IMG/VR virus record: IMGVR_UViG_3300031576_000048
Span: 1-58,773 of that record
Reading direction: 5' to 3' (one strand)
Length of the DNA: 58,773 nucleotides
Origin: a virus
Lineage: Duplodnaviria; Caudoviricetes
Positions 35,367-45,083 of this stretch are shown in pieces. Made by a program: the position numbers and the translations under genes. The notes under the pieces are model-generated. The model had not been told where the DNA came from and searched no databases. It was given only the letters and a program-made list of their open reading frames with translations. Every line of letters starts with the position of its first letter. Within the stretch, counting starts at the first letter, position 1.

Positions 35367-37136
35367 TTAGCAGGCAACCGGCCTGCAGCGGATCCCACTT
35401 CCTTGTTCTTTTGCGGTCATTTGGGTCAAATTGTTGACTAAATCGTTCATCACGCTCGTTTGTTTTGCTTGAATATCGCCTTCTGTCGCGGCATCGACGA
35501 CTGTCCGCTTACTCTCGATCAGAGCGGAAATTGTCTGGTCAATCGTATTATTCGCGACAAGATACCATGCTGTCACCTGATCCTCCTGGCCGATCCGGTG
35601 ACAGCGGTCCTCGGCCTGATCATGGACTGCCGGGGTCCAGCCCAGCTCCACGAACACGACATTGGACGCGGCGGTCAGCGTCAGGCCCAGGCCTCCGGCC
35701 TGGACATTCAAGCAGATGATTTTGGTCGCGGGATCGTTCTGGAATTTATCAACCGCTGCCTGCCGCGTCTCGATTGGAGTTTCTCCGGTTATCGCGTCGC
35801 ACCGGAAGGTCTCGGCGAGGCCATCTACGATTTCCCGATGCCAGGCGAAGATCACCAGCTTCTCGCCTGTCTCGATAAAACTTTCCGTCCACTCCTTAAC
35901 CGCTTCGAGCTTGCCGCGAGCGGCCAATTGCTTGAGCGCTTCGATCTTGACGAGCTGCTCGGCGGATCTGGCTTTGTGCTCCGCCTGGTCGGCGCGCGCT
36001 GCCTTCGCCGCTTTTTTCTCCTCGTCGGAGAGATCCTTTATCGACGCGAGAAACGTCTTGTCGGCCGCTGCCCGCTCGCGAAGCCACGCGATCAATTCCC
36101 GCTCCGCCCTTTGATACTCGGTGCGATTGTCGATCTCGACCGGAACCATCGCTCGCTGTTTGGGGGGCAGCTCTTTGAGCACGTCTTTTTTATTGCGCCG
36201 CACATAGCAGCTCGCGCGAAGCTTTTCGTTCAGCTCGTCGAGATGCGCCGCGCCAGAAAAATCCCAGCCGAAACGGGATTTATAAGCGCTGCAGTAGCGT
36301 TTAGCAAACTGCCAAAATCCGCCCATCTCTTCGAGCCGCCCCATCGCGCCGAGTTGAGAGAGTAGTTCTTGCGGACGGTTAAGAAGCGGGGTCCCGGTGA
36401 GAAACAGACGATATTCGCGCCCTGCGCAAAGTTTTTTCAGCGCCTCGGTTCGCTGCGCTTCGTAGTTTTTTGCGTAGTGCGATTCATCGGCCACAATCGC
36501 TTGAAAGCCGCATTTTTCCAACATCTCAAGATTTTTCTTTAGATTATCGTAATTGATAATCACGATTTGCGCGGCGAAATCCTCAGCGCGATTTTTCCCG
36601 TTCAGCAAGGAGATCGACTTTCCGGGAAGCCATTTCCGCGCCTCGCGCTCCCAGTTGAGCTTAAGCGACGCGGGGCATACGACGAGGGCCGGGTACGCTT
36701 GCGCGGCTTGAATGGTTGCGAGCGCCTGGACAGTTTTTCCAAGTCCCATTTCGTCGGCGATAAACGTCCGCTTTTTCGCGAGCGCGTAGGCGACCCCAGC
36801 GCGTTGGAAAGGAAGCAACTCGCCACCCAGGCCCTCGACCTCTGTAGATGCGCTCTCTGCTCTGCTCGCCGCGACCGCCTCGGCATGCGCAGACGCGATC
36901 TCTTCGAACGTCGCGACGACGTTCTCGTCGAGGTCGAAATCGTTTTTGGTCGCGAATTGCGTGAGCGGCTCCAGATTGCTAATGCGGGCTGGAACCTTCC
37001 ATGTCTTCGCCGCGCCGTCGAATTTACGCTCCGGCAGCGCCTTGACGGCAGCGACCAGCGCCGCGTCGTAGTCAAAATGAATGACAAAGGTTTTGTGGTC
37101 GGTAGTAACAGCGATGCGCTTACGCCGTTCGTTCAT
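35367..37136 (-). CDS. SNF2-family (HARP/SMARCAL1-like) helicase
   Basis: N-terminal HARP-like domain; IADEMGLGKT, ADESH, LTGTP, QAEDRCHRIGQ. Confidence 0.92.
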   Translation of the reverse strand: MNERRKRIAVTTDHKTFVIHFDYDAALVAAVKALPERKFDGAAKTWKVPARISNLEPLTQFATKNDFDLDENVVATFEEIASAHAEAVAASRAESASTEVEGLGGELLPFQRAGVAYALAKKRTFIADEMGLGKTVQALATIQAAQAYPALVVCPASLKLNWEREARKWLPGKSISLLNGKNRAEDFAAQIVIINYDNLKKNLEMLEKCGFQAIVADESHYAKNYEAQRTEALKKLCAGREYRLFLTGTPLLNRPQELLSQLGAMGRLEEMGGFWQFAKRYCSAYKSRFGWDFSGAAHLDELNEKLRASCYVRRNKKDVLKELPPKQRAMVPVEIDNRTEYQRAERELIAWLRERAAADKTFLASIKDLSDEEKKAAKAARADQAEHKARSAEQLVKIEALKQLAARGKLEAVKEWTESFIETGEKLVIFAWHREIVDGLAETFRCDAITGETPIETRQAAVDKFQNDPATKIICLNVQAGGLGLTLTAASNVVFVELGWTPAVHDQAEDRCHRIGQEDQVTAWYLVANNTIDQTISALIESKRTVVDAATEGDIQAKQTSVMNDLVNNLTQMTAKEQGSGIRCRPVAC

Positions 37137-37140
37137 TTTT

Positions 37141-37596
37141 TTATCCTCCCTTTTTATCTCTATATAGTCCGAGAGTGTGGCTCACCGGCACGCCAATCCT
37201 AAACCGACCGTCCGAACTTTTGCCAATTCTTGAGGCGTAAGTGTGAACCGCCGCAACTTTAAGGGTCAGGTTATTGAGGGCTATGTCGGGCAATAGTCCG
37301 AGAGTCAGCCTACCTTCCTCTGCGTACCATTTGCCGTGATATTTGTGTCTCCGCAACCACTCAATATCTCTTTTTTCGTCCGGGAGTCCGTCATGCCAAG
37401 CACCGGAGGGCGATGCTATTCTCAGTGCTTTTATAGAGATAGATATGACGGTCGATTCCGGAAATTTGCTGGCATATTCAGTTGCAGTTTTGGGACTTCC
37501 CCACCAGGTCATTAGATCTGATTGGATTTTCCACATTGGGTCGTATTGTTGTGCAAGACCCCGATAAACTCTGTTTCCCTTAAGCCCTTTTTTCAA
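37141..37596 (-). CDS. First early gene, hypothetical (weak ADP-ribosyltransferase-like motifs)
   Basis: VYRG...TWWGSPKTATEYA; follows a strong promoter. Confidence 0.45.
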   Translation of the reverse strand: MKKGLKGNRVYRGLAQQYDPMWKIQSDLMTWWGSPKTATEYASKFPESTVISISIKALRIASPSGAWHDGLPDEKRDIEWLRRHKYHGKWYAEEGRLTLGLLPDIALNNLTLKVAAVHTYASRIGKSSDGRFRIGVPVSHTLGLYRDKKGG

Positions 37597-37638
37597 CGAG
37601 GTGCCTCTTTGTGTGATGTGTGAATTTAACTCTATATA

Positions 37639-37667
37639 AATATACATATACATACGCACAATGTCAA
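37639..37667 (-). promoter_or_regulatory. Early promoter
   Basis: TTGACA-17 nt-TATATT. Confidence 0.75.
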
Positions 37668-38010
37668 GTCCGCATAGCGATTTTGATGCCCGCAACCGCT
37701 TGCAACAAAAGGACTTATAGGGATTCGGCAGGCGTGACTGGTGTCACATCGGGCGGGAGGTGTCTTTATCGGCGTTCTCATGTTCGTCGATGACCGTGGC
37801 CTCGTTGTCCGAGTACACGGTCACACGCAGGGATGACGATTTGGACGAGATGTCGATCCTCGCCACGAATCGTATCGGAGGAAAGGACTGAATCAAGGAG
37901 GGAGCGCAGGGCCGATCACGTCGCATTCTCACGCTCAACCACAAGGCGACGCTTGACATGCGGCATTTTTGAAGATGGAAAAGAGAGAGTCGTGTACTAA
38001 TCGGAAGTCG

Positions 38011-38472
38011 TCAAGACAAACATCTTTTCCTGAAATTTTCCATAGAAACAAATTTTCCGGGACAGCTCTTGTACTGTCCCCGCGTCCAATCGTAGCCCGC
38101 AAGCAAGCCGATCTCCCTGTGGCCGAGGATGTTATTATTGGGGATGCGGTAGACGGATTGGAGCCACGCTGCAAGCCTTATTGCCTCCCCGATCTGGGCT
38201 TCCGGCGGTTCGGTCGCGTCGAAGTTGCCGACGAGGCATATTCCGATTCCCGCGCTGTTCATATTCAATTCTTTCGTATGCGCACCCGGCATATCTGGCG
38301 TTCTTCCCATGAGAATTTCGTAGCGCTCGCCGATAAGTTCCACCCCGAAATGATATCCGATCTCTTTCCAGCCTTTTTCTTCCGTGTGGTATCTGCGTAT
38401 CGCGTTCCAGGACACGGTGGAGCCGTCACCTGTCAGACTGTGATGGATTATGATGTAGGTTTTGCCGCCCAT
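38011..38472 (-). CDS. Endolysin, N-acetylmuramoyl-L-alanine amidase
   Basis: IIIHHS, GWKEIGYHF, GAHT..N..GIGICLVGNF, GHRE, KSCPG. Confidence 0.92.
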   Translation of the reverse strand: MGGKTYIIIHHSLTGDGSTVSWNAIRRYHTEEKGWKEIGYHFGVELIGERYEILMGRTPDMPGAHTKELNMNSAGIGICLVGNFDATEPPEAQIGEAIRLAAWLQSVYRIPNNNILGHREIGLLAGYDWTRGQYKSCPGKFVSMENFRKRCLS

Positions 38473-38475
38473 TTT

Positions 38476-38805
38476 TTAAGAGCCGCTATCCGACGATTTC
38501 GCACGGATCTTCAACAACTCCAGCAATACCTTTAGGAGCGGAGTCGTGAACGCGAAATTCGCCCCGAGCGCGGCGGCAAAACCGATAATTGGGCCGCAAA
38601 TGATATCCGGGCGATTGCCGCATGTCGCAGGATCGGCGAACATCCCCCAATCCAACATCGCGCCCCCAAAACCGAGCACTACACCGAGAGCGAGGGTGCG
38701 TATTTGCGCCGCCGCACCGTCGAGATTCCAGACGCGGTCAATCCATTCCTCGCATGTCGATACCGCGATGGCTATCGACGCAAGAGTCGCAAAGATTGCT
38801 TCCAT
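38476..38805 (-). CDS. Holin-like membrane protein
   Basis: Three hydrophobic segments; adjacent to the amidase. Confidence 0.6.
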   Translation of the reverse strand: MEAIFATLASIAIAVSTCEEWIDRVWNLDGAAAQIRTLALGVVLGFGGAMLDWGMFADPATCGNRPDIICGPIIGFAAALGANFAFTTPLLKVLLELLKIRAKSSDSGS

Positions 38806-38830
38806 TGTTTGTCCTTTCCCTATTGTTTTT

Positions 38831-39199
38831 TTATGCCACAACCGCGATTATTTCCACAATCCACAACGCCGCCTCCGCGTAGTAACCCCAGACATGCCAT
38901 CCGCCCCCTTTTTTGTGCCATGCCTTGTCGATTGCCCAATGGACGCCGACAGGAAAGACGGCGACCATCCCCCACTTAAACCTGTCATGAAAGACCCTGT
39001 ACCATCTCCCATAGTTGCGCTCCAGATACCAGAACGGACTCTGGTTTTTTTTGGCGTTCCACATCGCCCGCAGATGGTCGGGGTACGCGACGATGTCGTT
39101 TATACCGGCGACAAGGCCGAAAACGACCGACCATTCGACTGGAATACCAACCGCGCCGCATGCGAGGCTGAATGTGATGCAATGCTGTGGCGTGGACAT
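38831..39199 (-). CDS. Membrane protein (YdjM-like metal-hydrolase pattern possible)
   Basis: H...ND...H spacing with hydrophobic helices. Confidence 0.45.
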   Translation of the reverse strand: MSTPQHCITFSLACGAVGIPVEWSVVFGLVAGINDIVAYPDHLRAMWNAKKNQSPFWYLERNYGRWYRVFHDRFKWGMVAVFPVGVHWAIDKAWHKKGGGWHVWGYYAEAALWIVEIIAVVA

Positions 39200-39200
39200 T

Positions 39201-39446
39201 TTACTTCGATTGGTCAATTGATCTGCGCATTTCTGCTTGGCGCTCAAGGCCGATCCGGAGATCGTTCCTGATTTCCCCGGTTTCCTTTTTTATCTCCCGC
39301 AGGAGCTCTGTTTGATTCTCGAGGTATTGCTCGATGCGGCCGGCGAGGTGCTTGAGCGCCCCATTGTTTCCCCGTGTCTTGAGGTACGCAAATGTTTCGC
39401 GGACAACAAGAATTGATATTGCACCAATGGTGATCTCCGTTTCCAT
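39201..39446 (-). CDS. Single-TM coiled-coil protein (holin/antiholin-like)
   Basis: N-terminal TM segment followed by a coiled coil; in the lysis cluster. Confidence 0.55.
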   Translation of the reverse strand: METEITIGAISILVVRETFAYLKTRGNNGALKHLAGRIEQYLENQTELLREIKKETGEIRNDLRIGLERQAEMRRSIDQSK

Positions 39447-39593
39447 TTCAGGGTATATACTCCGTTTCTATCTTCCCGTTCTTGTCTCCACATTCCGCGT
39501 TGTTCTGGCAGCCGCAGCCCTGCCCTACCACTGAATCACAGGCAATGGCGCTGCTGCACATGCTGCCGCTGGATTCAATTCGCATCACCTCCT

Positions 39594-40058
39594 TCATTTG
39601 CTCAACACACTGAGATAGTTCAGATATGATTCGCTTCCGAGAAGCATCGTCTCCGCCTCCGTGATGACCCGATGAACCTCCCCAGAAGCCACGTTCTTGA
39701 AGAGAATGCCTCGATTGTTTAGCACGTGCATGTACTCGTGCATGAACGTGTCGTCGGACTCTTCCTCGCCAATCATTAGAATGAGGTTCTTCCCAAGCGC
39801 AATGCCATACCAGTGAGCGCTTTGAAACCGCGATGGGTTCAACTCGTTCAGCGTTTTCTGCTGTTTGGCATTTATGAATACGAGCGTGATTCCGGCACCA
39901 TCCTCGTCGATCGCGAATTCGTGGTGGACAACTGAGCAAAGCACGTTGTAATGGCCTTCTTGCCGATGCTCCGCCTCATCGTAGGCGGCAATGTGAACGC
40001 CCGGATCAGTGCGCAAGCTCAGCGGAATTTCAAGGAGGGCAAGCAACAGCAGCTTCAT
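39594..40058 (-). CDS. Putative secreted HEXXH metallopeptidase
   Basis: MKLLLLALL signal-like N-terminus; TFMHEYMH. Confidence 0.55.
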   Translation of the reverse strand: MKLLLLALLEIPLSLRTDPGVHIAAYDEAEHRQEGHYNVLCSVVHHEFAIDEDGAGITLVFINAKQQKTLNELNPSRFQSAHWYGIALGKNLILMIGEEESDDTFMHEYMHVLNNRGILFKNVASGEVHRVITEAETMLLGSESYLNYLSVLSK

Positions 40059-40061
40059 GAG

Positions 40062-40229
40062 TTAGAAACTCCACATCGCAATGAGAAGCAATATGGCCGC
40101 AGCAAGCTCTCCGATATATAAGCCTATCCAAAAACTGTCTGAACCTGTTTTGATGGCATAGTGTACGCCAAAGAGACTACCCCCGGCGGCGGCAATACAT
40201 CCCACAAACCGGATAATATCCCAAATCAC
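40062..40229 (-). CDS. 55-aa two-TM protein (not in the ORF track)
   Basis: GTG start with SD GGAG; MIWDIIRFVGCIAAAGGSLFG...LAAAILLLIAMWSF. Confidence 0.5.
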   Translation of the reverse strand: MIWDIIRFVGCIAAAGGSLFGVHYAIKTGSDSFWIGLYIGELAAAILLLIAMWSF

Positions 40230-40449
40230 TTTTACTCTCTCCGAGTTAATTCATCACGAAAAAGATGTGTCCAGCTTTAGTCTTGACCACGAAACCGGGA
40301 TAGCTCTGAGAGACACGGAAGTACGATGTCGTACATCCCGTTTCGTCGGATTCACTGACAACCCACATCGGGAAGTAGCACTTGATAAGCCAACTCCGCT
40401 CGTGTTCTTCCAAGCCGACAAACTTTCGTATCCATTCCCAGGGCGTCAT

Positions 40450-40554
40450 AGAAATCCCGGCAGGAGACCACATGTTTGCTACAAACCCATCCGTGAAAGG
40501 TTTGGACTTTCTGCCAATCTCGCCGTTCGTGCCATTGCTCGCGTGGCGGATTAG
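40450..40554 (+). pseudogene. IS200/IS605 end remnant fused to an internal TnpB fragment
   Basis: 23/24 match of 40446-40469 to 18392-18415, then HVCYKPIRERFGLSANLAVRAIARVAD (TnpB N-terminal helix motif). Confidence 0.6.
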
Positions 40555-40797
40555 TTACTTGATACACAGCATTTTGATGATTTGCGCAACCTGTGTCCGT
40601 AACACGCAGAAATATACGCCGGATGGCCGATTCTCACAAGAGAATTCGACGCTGTACAACCCCTGGGCCAATCTCTGCTTTTCCAACAATGTTTCGTGGC
40701 CGAGTATGTCAAACACTGTCAATGTCACCTCTTCTTCCTGTTCAAGCCAGAAAGTGATTGTCGTTCTGTCGCTGAACGGATTCGGGTAGTTCTGCAT
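40555..40797 (-). CDS. T9SS type A C-terminal sorting domain (in frame with the upstream gene)
   Basis: QNYPNPF..TTITF..VTLTVFDILG..SGVYF..IKMLCIK. Confidence 0.85.
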   Translation of the reverse strand: MQNYPNPFSDRTTITFWLEQEEEVTLTVFDILGHETLLEKQRLAQGLYSVEFSCENRPSGVYFCVLRTQVAQIIKMLCIK

Positions 40798-40845
40798 GAG
40801 CCATGCCTGCTGATCCCGACCAAAGCCAGAATCGGGAACAGCCAG

Positions 40846-43800
40846 TCATTGTGGGAGTGATTCTCCCTTTGCCCCCATGTGCGGCGCAGTCGTCCCGACT
40901 CGATCGTAGCGCCAATACCAGACCTTGTCGGCGATTGCCCAAGTCTTCGCCGCGTTGAGTGTAATTGTGTTCGTGCTGTAGTTGATCGCGGAAATTCCCA
41001 CCTTCGCCGCCGTGCTCAGATTCCCGCTTCCGATAGCAATGGAATCGGCCGTAACGATGCCCCACCCGTCCATGAAATAGGAGGCGTCTGTCACAATCAA
41101 ATTGGTGGAGCTCGTCCCGGAATTTGTAGTCGTCGTAAGGTGTACGCCCGCATTGATGGCCGGACTGCCAACTTGAAGGCGGAAATCCTTCCCAGACCCT
41201 TGGGCTGTCTCGTTTGCAAAAAGCGGGTCGGATTCGATATTGCTGCTGAGCCACTGGCTCGGTTTGGCTGCCTTGGCCTGGGCAAGAGTATAGTTCACTA
41301 TCCCATTTGAACCGTAGTAGCTTATTACCACGTCTCCTGCCGCGAACTTCCTCACGATGTTGGCGTCAAAAATGGCGTCGTTTGCGCCAGTTGTTACCGA
41401 TCCATCGTCCAATTCCACCACGACGGGTGCGATATTGTCATTTGGATGGGGTGTGCCCTTAACAAAAATATTGTTCCTGAAGTGATTGCCCCTTATCACC
41501 GAGTTCACAGGCACAGAATTCCAGTTAGGAAGCCAGAACACGTATTTGCTCGTGGCTTGGTCCGTGCCCGCGTAGATCGTGTTGTTGTACGTGCGCATGC
41601 CCCTCACGTGCCAATTCAGGCCGAATTCGGATACTCCGTAGATCGTAACGTCTCCAAAATGACCCGAACTCCCCGGCCCGGTCGTATCATCATAGAACAC
41701 GTTGAATCTGATAATGGAACTATCTGCGTTGTTGGATTGGAAAGCGCTCCCACGCCTATCACAGATTAGTCTCCCATTGTGATAGGCGACGTTTCCCTCG
41801 AAAAGTGACCTCACGCCAGTGGTATATGCACTATGATTTAATCGCGCAATATTGTTACGGACAACATTGTACTTGGGAGCAATGGCGGGTGGCCCATAGG
41901 GTTGTGTGATCGCAAGATGGCTGCAGCCCGTCACGGTGTTGCCCTCGATCAGATTTCGTTCACTCCCACTTCCTGTAATTGCTATTCCATCCCCAATAAG
42001 TCCAAGATCGCAAATAGCCGGATTATCCGGATCTTGCCGATCAAGAAAGTTGTTTTGAATTTTGCAGTATTTGGTGTTGTTCATTCGGAATGTTTCATAA
42101 TACGCCCCGCCGGTTGCATTACTGCCCCCCCTCAACGTGCAATTTGTTACCGTGATACGTATTGACCCATCAAGATCGGCAATTCTCCCAGTTGCTTGCA
42201 CGGTGATCCCGTCTATGACAATGTTTGAATCTGCGGTACTCAACTGAATGCCAAACACACCGGAAACGAGCGGCGTCTCATTCAGGTAATTCCGATAAAC
42301 AATGTTTGTCGCTTGCGTGCCGGCATTCACCGGGTTGATGGCGTCGGCATAAGTGCCGTTTCCGATCAGCACGGTATCAATCGTAGTCGAGAGATTCACA
42401 TTGGCTTTCCCAATCGTCAGCCACGCCGTAGACGGCGAATCGCCGTTGTTATTATCATTGCCCGTGCTCAAAACATATTTCACGGTTGAACCCGCCGCCC
42501 CAGAAGTCGTTGTTCCCGTTGCAAGGTTGGATACCGCCGATATGTTGCCTGCGGCGTCCGACACCTTCATCATAAACCAATACTGCGTTCCAGCCATAAG
42601 AGGCGTGTTTAAGCCCCCGACGATAAAGGTTTGAATCACACCAGAATCCGCTGGCGCTGGTTCATTGATGGCCTGAAATGCAATCCCAAAAGGAATTGTG
42701 TCGGGGTTGCCCGTTGCCGGTTTGATGGCCCAGCCAATAGTAGCCCATTCGCCGGGTATCCCCGTTGTCCATGTCATTGGGACACTTGCCGCACCCGGCT
42801 CCGAGCTACCCGCGCCGGAGGGGCCATTGCCCTTGGCTGGCAGGTTCCATCTTTGCGTTTGACCCGCGCCAACGGTAATATATTCGTTGTGTCTGACGAC
42901 GTCCCTTACCACTTCACCGCTCGTGCTGCCAATAGTCACTGTAACCGTTCCACTATTGCCGCTATTTGTTGTTGTGCCGCCGATCGGATTGCTTTGATTT
43001 ATTCCGCTCCACGCCGTTGCTCCCAGCGTTGGCGTTTTTGCGCTCGGCCAATACACGGTAATGTCCCCCGCGCCGGTTGCCGGATTAAGGAGCCGCCAAG
43101 CGCTTACACCATAACCAGAGGTCGGGGAGAAAGCCGAACCAATCGCAGTAAATTTAATGCCACCACGCTTAACGCTGTCGGGGACTTCTGATGTGGCCGT
43201 GAAATAACTCGCGCCAAAGTCCAGATACCTGTTGCTGCCGGCACCGACAGTGATCGGAAGCGTGTGCGATGTTGCACTTGCGGGGCTATCTGAGGCTGCC
43301 ACATCAAAAGTCACAGTGCTACTGCCACCACCCGGTCTCACGGTATCTCCGGCCCAAATTGGATTCGTCGAATATCGAATATCGTATGCAGTCGCCCGAA
43401 CAAGCTGATTCAGCGCGTTTCTATCGCCCCTTGCCCTAAAGGTCAAAGTGATTGAGTTTGGCGTCGGGCTTCCGGTTGTAAGATCGGTGATGGCATTGGG
43501 CGCCGTCACATCCGCTGGGGATGGCTGCGTCGCGCTTATATTTGTCGCCCTCACGGAGCCGACAAGATCGCCGTAAAAATCGAAAACCCATATTGTAGCT
43601 TTCCCTCCGACCGCCTGCGCCGGAGCGATGTCGTTCGCCCATTTCACGCCCTGCCAGGTGACGCTATACGAAGCCGGGTTGTAAATCCATACGACCCGCC
43701 GCAGTTGCCTCGTCGCATTTTTCCAGTAGTACGTCGTGTTTCCTATAAGCGTCCTCTGATGTGTTTCCCGATTCCAGTCGAGGGTGTCGCTGACTTGCGT

Positions 43801-43875
43801 ATATGCCAACGACGCGGGAAACAGCAGGGCGAAGATCGCGATTGCACGCCGGAATCGATTATCGCTTCTTTGCAT
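40846..43875 (-). CDS. Large signal-peptide protein with FN3-like and right-handed beta-helix domains
   Basis: SD GGAG; RFRRAIAIFALLFPASLAYTQ signal peptide; DVTAPNAITDL..YDIRYS..DAAGNISAVSN (FN3); YVLSTGNDNNNG..AWLTIGKA and Asn-ladder repeats. Confidence 0.8.
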   Translation of the reverse strand: MQRSDNRFRRAIAIFALLFPASLAYTQVSDTLDWNRETHQRTLIGNTTYYWKNATRQLRRVVWIYNPASYSVTWQGVKWANDIAPAQAVGGKATIWVFDFYGDLVGSVRATNISATQPSPADVTAPNAITDLTTGSPTPNSITLTFRARGDRNALNQLVRATAYDIRYSTNPIWAGDTVRPGGGSSTVTFDVAASDSPASATSHTLPITVGAGSNRYLDFGASYFTATSEVPDSVKRGGIKFTAIGSAFSPTSGYGVSAWRLLNPATGAGDITVYWPSAKTPTLGATAWSGINQSNPIGGTTTNSGNSGTVTVTIGSTSGEVVRDVVRHNEYITVGAGQTQRWNLPAKGNGPSGAGSSEPGAASVPMTWTTGIPGEWATIGWAIKPATGNPDTIPFGIAFQAINEPAPADSGVIQTFIVGGLNTPLMAGTQYWFMMKVSDAAGNISAVSNLATGTTTSGAAGSTVKYVLSTGNDNNNGDSPSTAWLTIGKANVNLSTTIDTVLIGNGTYADAINPVNAGTQATNIVYRNYLNETPLVSGVFGIQLSTADSNIVIDGITVQATGRIADLDGSIRITVTNCTLRGGSNATGGAYYETFRMNNTKYCKIQNNFLDRQDPDNPAICDLGLIGDGIAITGSGSERNLIEGNTVTGCSHLAITQPYGPPAIAPKYNVVRNNIARLNHSAYTTGVRSLFEGNVAYHNGRLICDRRGSAFQSNNADSSIIRFNVFYDDTTGPGSSGHFGDVTIYGVSEFGLNWHVRGMRTYNNTIYAGTDQATSKYVFWLPNWNSVPVNSVIRGNHFRNNIFVKGTPHPNDNIAPVVVELDDGSVTTGANDAIFDANIVRKFAAGDVVISYYGSNGIVNYTLAQAKAAKPSQWLSSNIESDPLFANETAQGSGKDFRLQVGSPAINAGVHLTTTTNSGTSSTNLIVTDASYFMDGWGIVTADSIAIGSGNLSTAAKVGISAINYSTNTITLNAAKTWAIADKVWYWRYDRVGTTAPHMGAKGESLPQ

Positions 43876-43877
43876 TT

Positions 43878-44246
43878 CTATTGTCTCCAAATCCCCGCCG
43901 ATTTCATCCAATCCCCCGTGCTTGCCGTGGGATGGATGTCCGAATACGTGTCCCCGTTCTTGCCGAGGCTCGCAGCGGGCGGACCGCTGGCCTCCCAATG
44001 CTCGGGCAGAAGCGCGATCTTCGATTCCAGCGCGGCGATCCTTGATTCGAGCGCGGACGTGTTAACCGAAACCGGGCTTATCACATCCACTTGGATCCCG
44101 CTGAGGATCGCCTTCTGGATCTCGATGATCGCATAGTACGCTTCGACAAGCGTATACACGTTCGTCTGGCTCGTCGCGTTGTGGACCGATCGCGGCAATG
44201 TCAGGCCGAAATTGTCGATGGCATCCGGGAATCTTGCTTGACCCAT
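43878..44246 (-). CDS. Tail fibre-associated protein
   Basis: ARFPDAIDNF start; coiled coil; GPPAASLGKNGDTY motif. Confidence 0.55.
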   Translation of the reverse strand: MGQARFPDAIDNFGLTLPRSVHNATSQTNVYTLVEAYYAIIEIQKAILSGIQVDVISPVSVNTSALESRIAALESKIALLPEHWEASGPPAASLGKNGDTYSDIHPTASTGDWMKSAGIWRQ

Positions 44247-45080
44247 TTAATCGTCCAATTCATATTCCACCGTGACATAATAGTCTTCCACTGCACTACC
44301 GCCACTGATAAGTAGGCCTGTCACACTTGTCCCGTTCACTTGTGCATTGATAGAGCCTGTTGATGTACTGCGAATTGCAGTGATCTTATCGCCTGCACCA
44401 AAGCGTCCATCGACTGCCGCGCCAGTTGCAACATATACTTTCGATGAAGATAATGTTGTGCCCGTGGAATCAACAACGCGCATTCCTGTGAGTGCGCCGG
44501 TGCGTGTCATAGGCACACCCATAAGTCCTGTCGTCGGTAAATCAGAGAGACGCAAAAAACTCGTGGTTGTTTTGATTGATCCGTGAATATACTGGCGACG
44601 CACATTACTGTCGTGGGGTTGTTTTGTCCCATCAACTGCATCATCGGCCAATTTCGGGGTTGTGACGTTAAAATTCGCTATGGCCGCCGTCGGGATGATC
44701 CCGGTCGCAAAGTGCGAGACATTATTGATCGCACCGACGGCGATTTTCAACCCCGTGATCTGCGCATCCTTTATCATGTCCGTCACGATCCCCCGGTTCG
44801 CGTCAATCGTCGCATGTTGGCGTATGCGAAGCTTCAGCGGGGAGCCGGAAAGCTCAAGCGAGGAGCCGTCGGCGGCCGTCGTCTTCAGGTTCGGCCCGTC
44901 GATCACGTCGGTCTTGTGCGTGCCGTCGATATTATGGCCTACCCCGGCCGTGACATCGACTTGGAGCCAATTGAAATTCAGTCCGGAGTTGCCCGTGAGC
45001 ACCGTTTTCGACCCGGCGCCCGGATTGTCGCCCTGATCCCAGACTCCGAGTGCGAGATTTGTCGTTGTCGAGCGCGACAT
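44247..45080 (-). CDS. Tail fibre protein
   Basis: STTTNLAL start; VTDMIKDAQITGLKIA/VTTPKLADDAV repeats. Confidence 0.7.
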   Translation of the reverse strand: MSRSTTTNLALGVWDQGDNPGAGSKTVLTGNSGLNFNWLQVDVTAGVGHNIDGTHKTDVIDGPNLKTTAADGSSLELSGSPLKLRIRQHATIDANRGIVTDMIKDAQITGLKIAVGAINNVSHFATGIIPTAAIANFNVTTPKLADDAVDGTKQPHDSNVRRQYIHGSIKTTTSFLRLSDLPTTGLMGVPMTRTGALTGMRVVDSTGTTLSSSKVYVATGAAVDGRFGAGDKITAIRSTSTGSINAQVNGTSVTGLLISGGSAVEDYYVTVEYELDD

Positions 45081-45083
45081 CTT

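Noticed and set aside
37744-37959. 71-aa ORF after the endolysin as a spanin
   Set aside because: No lipobox, transmembrane helix or clear SD
40846-40848. Genome-wide TGA recoding
   Set aside because: Many genes end at TGA, often in ATGA/GTGA overlaps, and long genes are intact under the standard code
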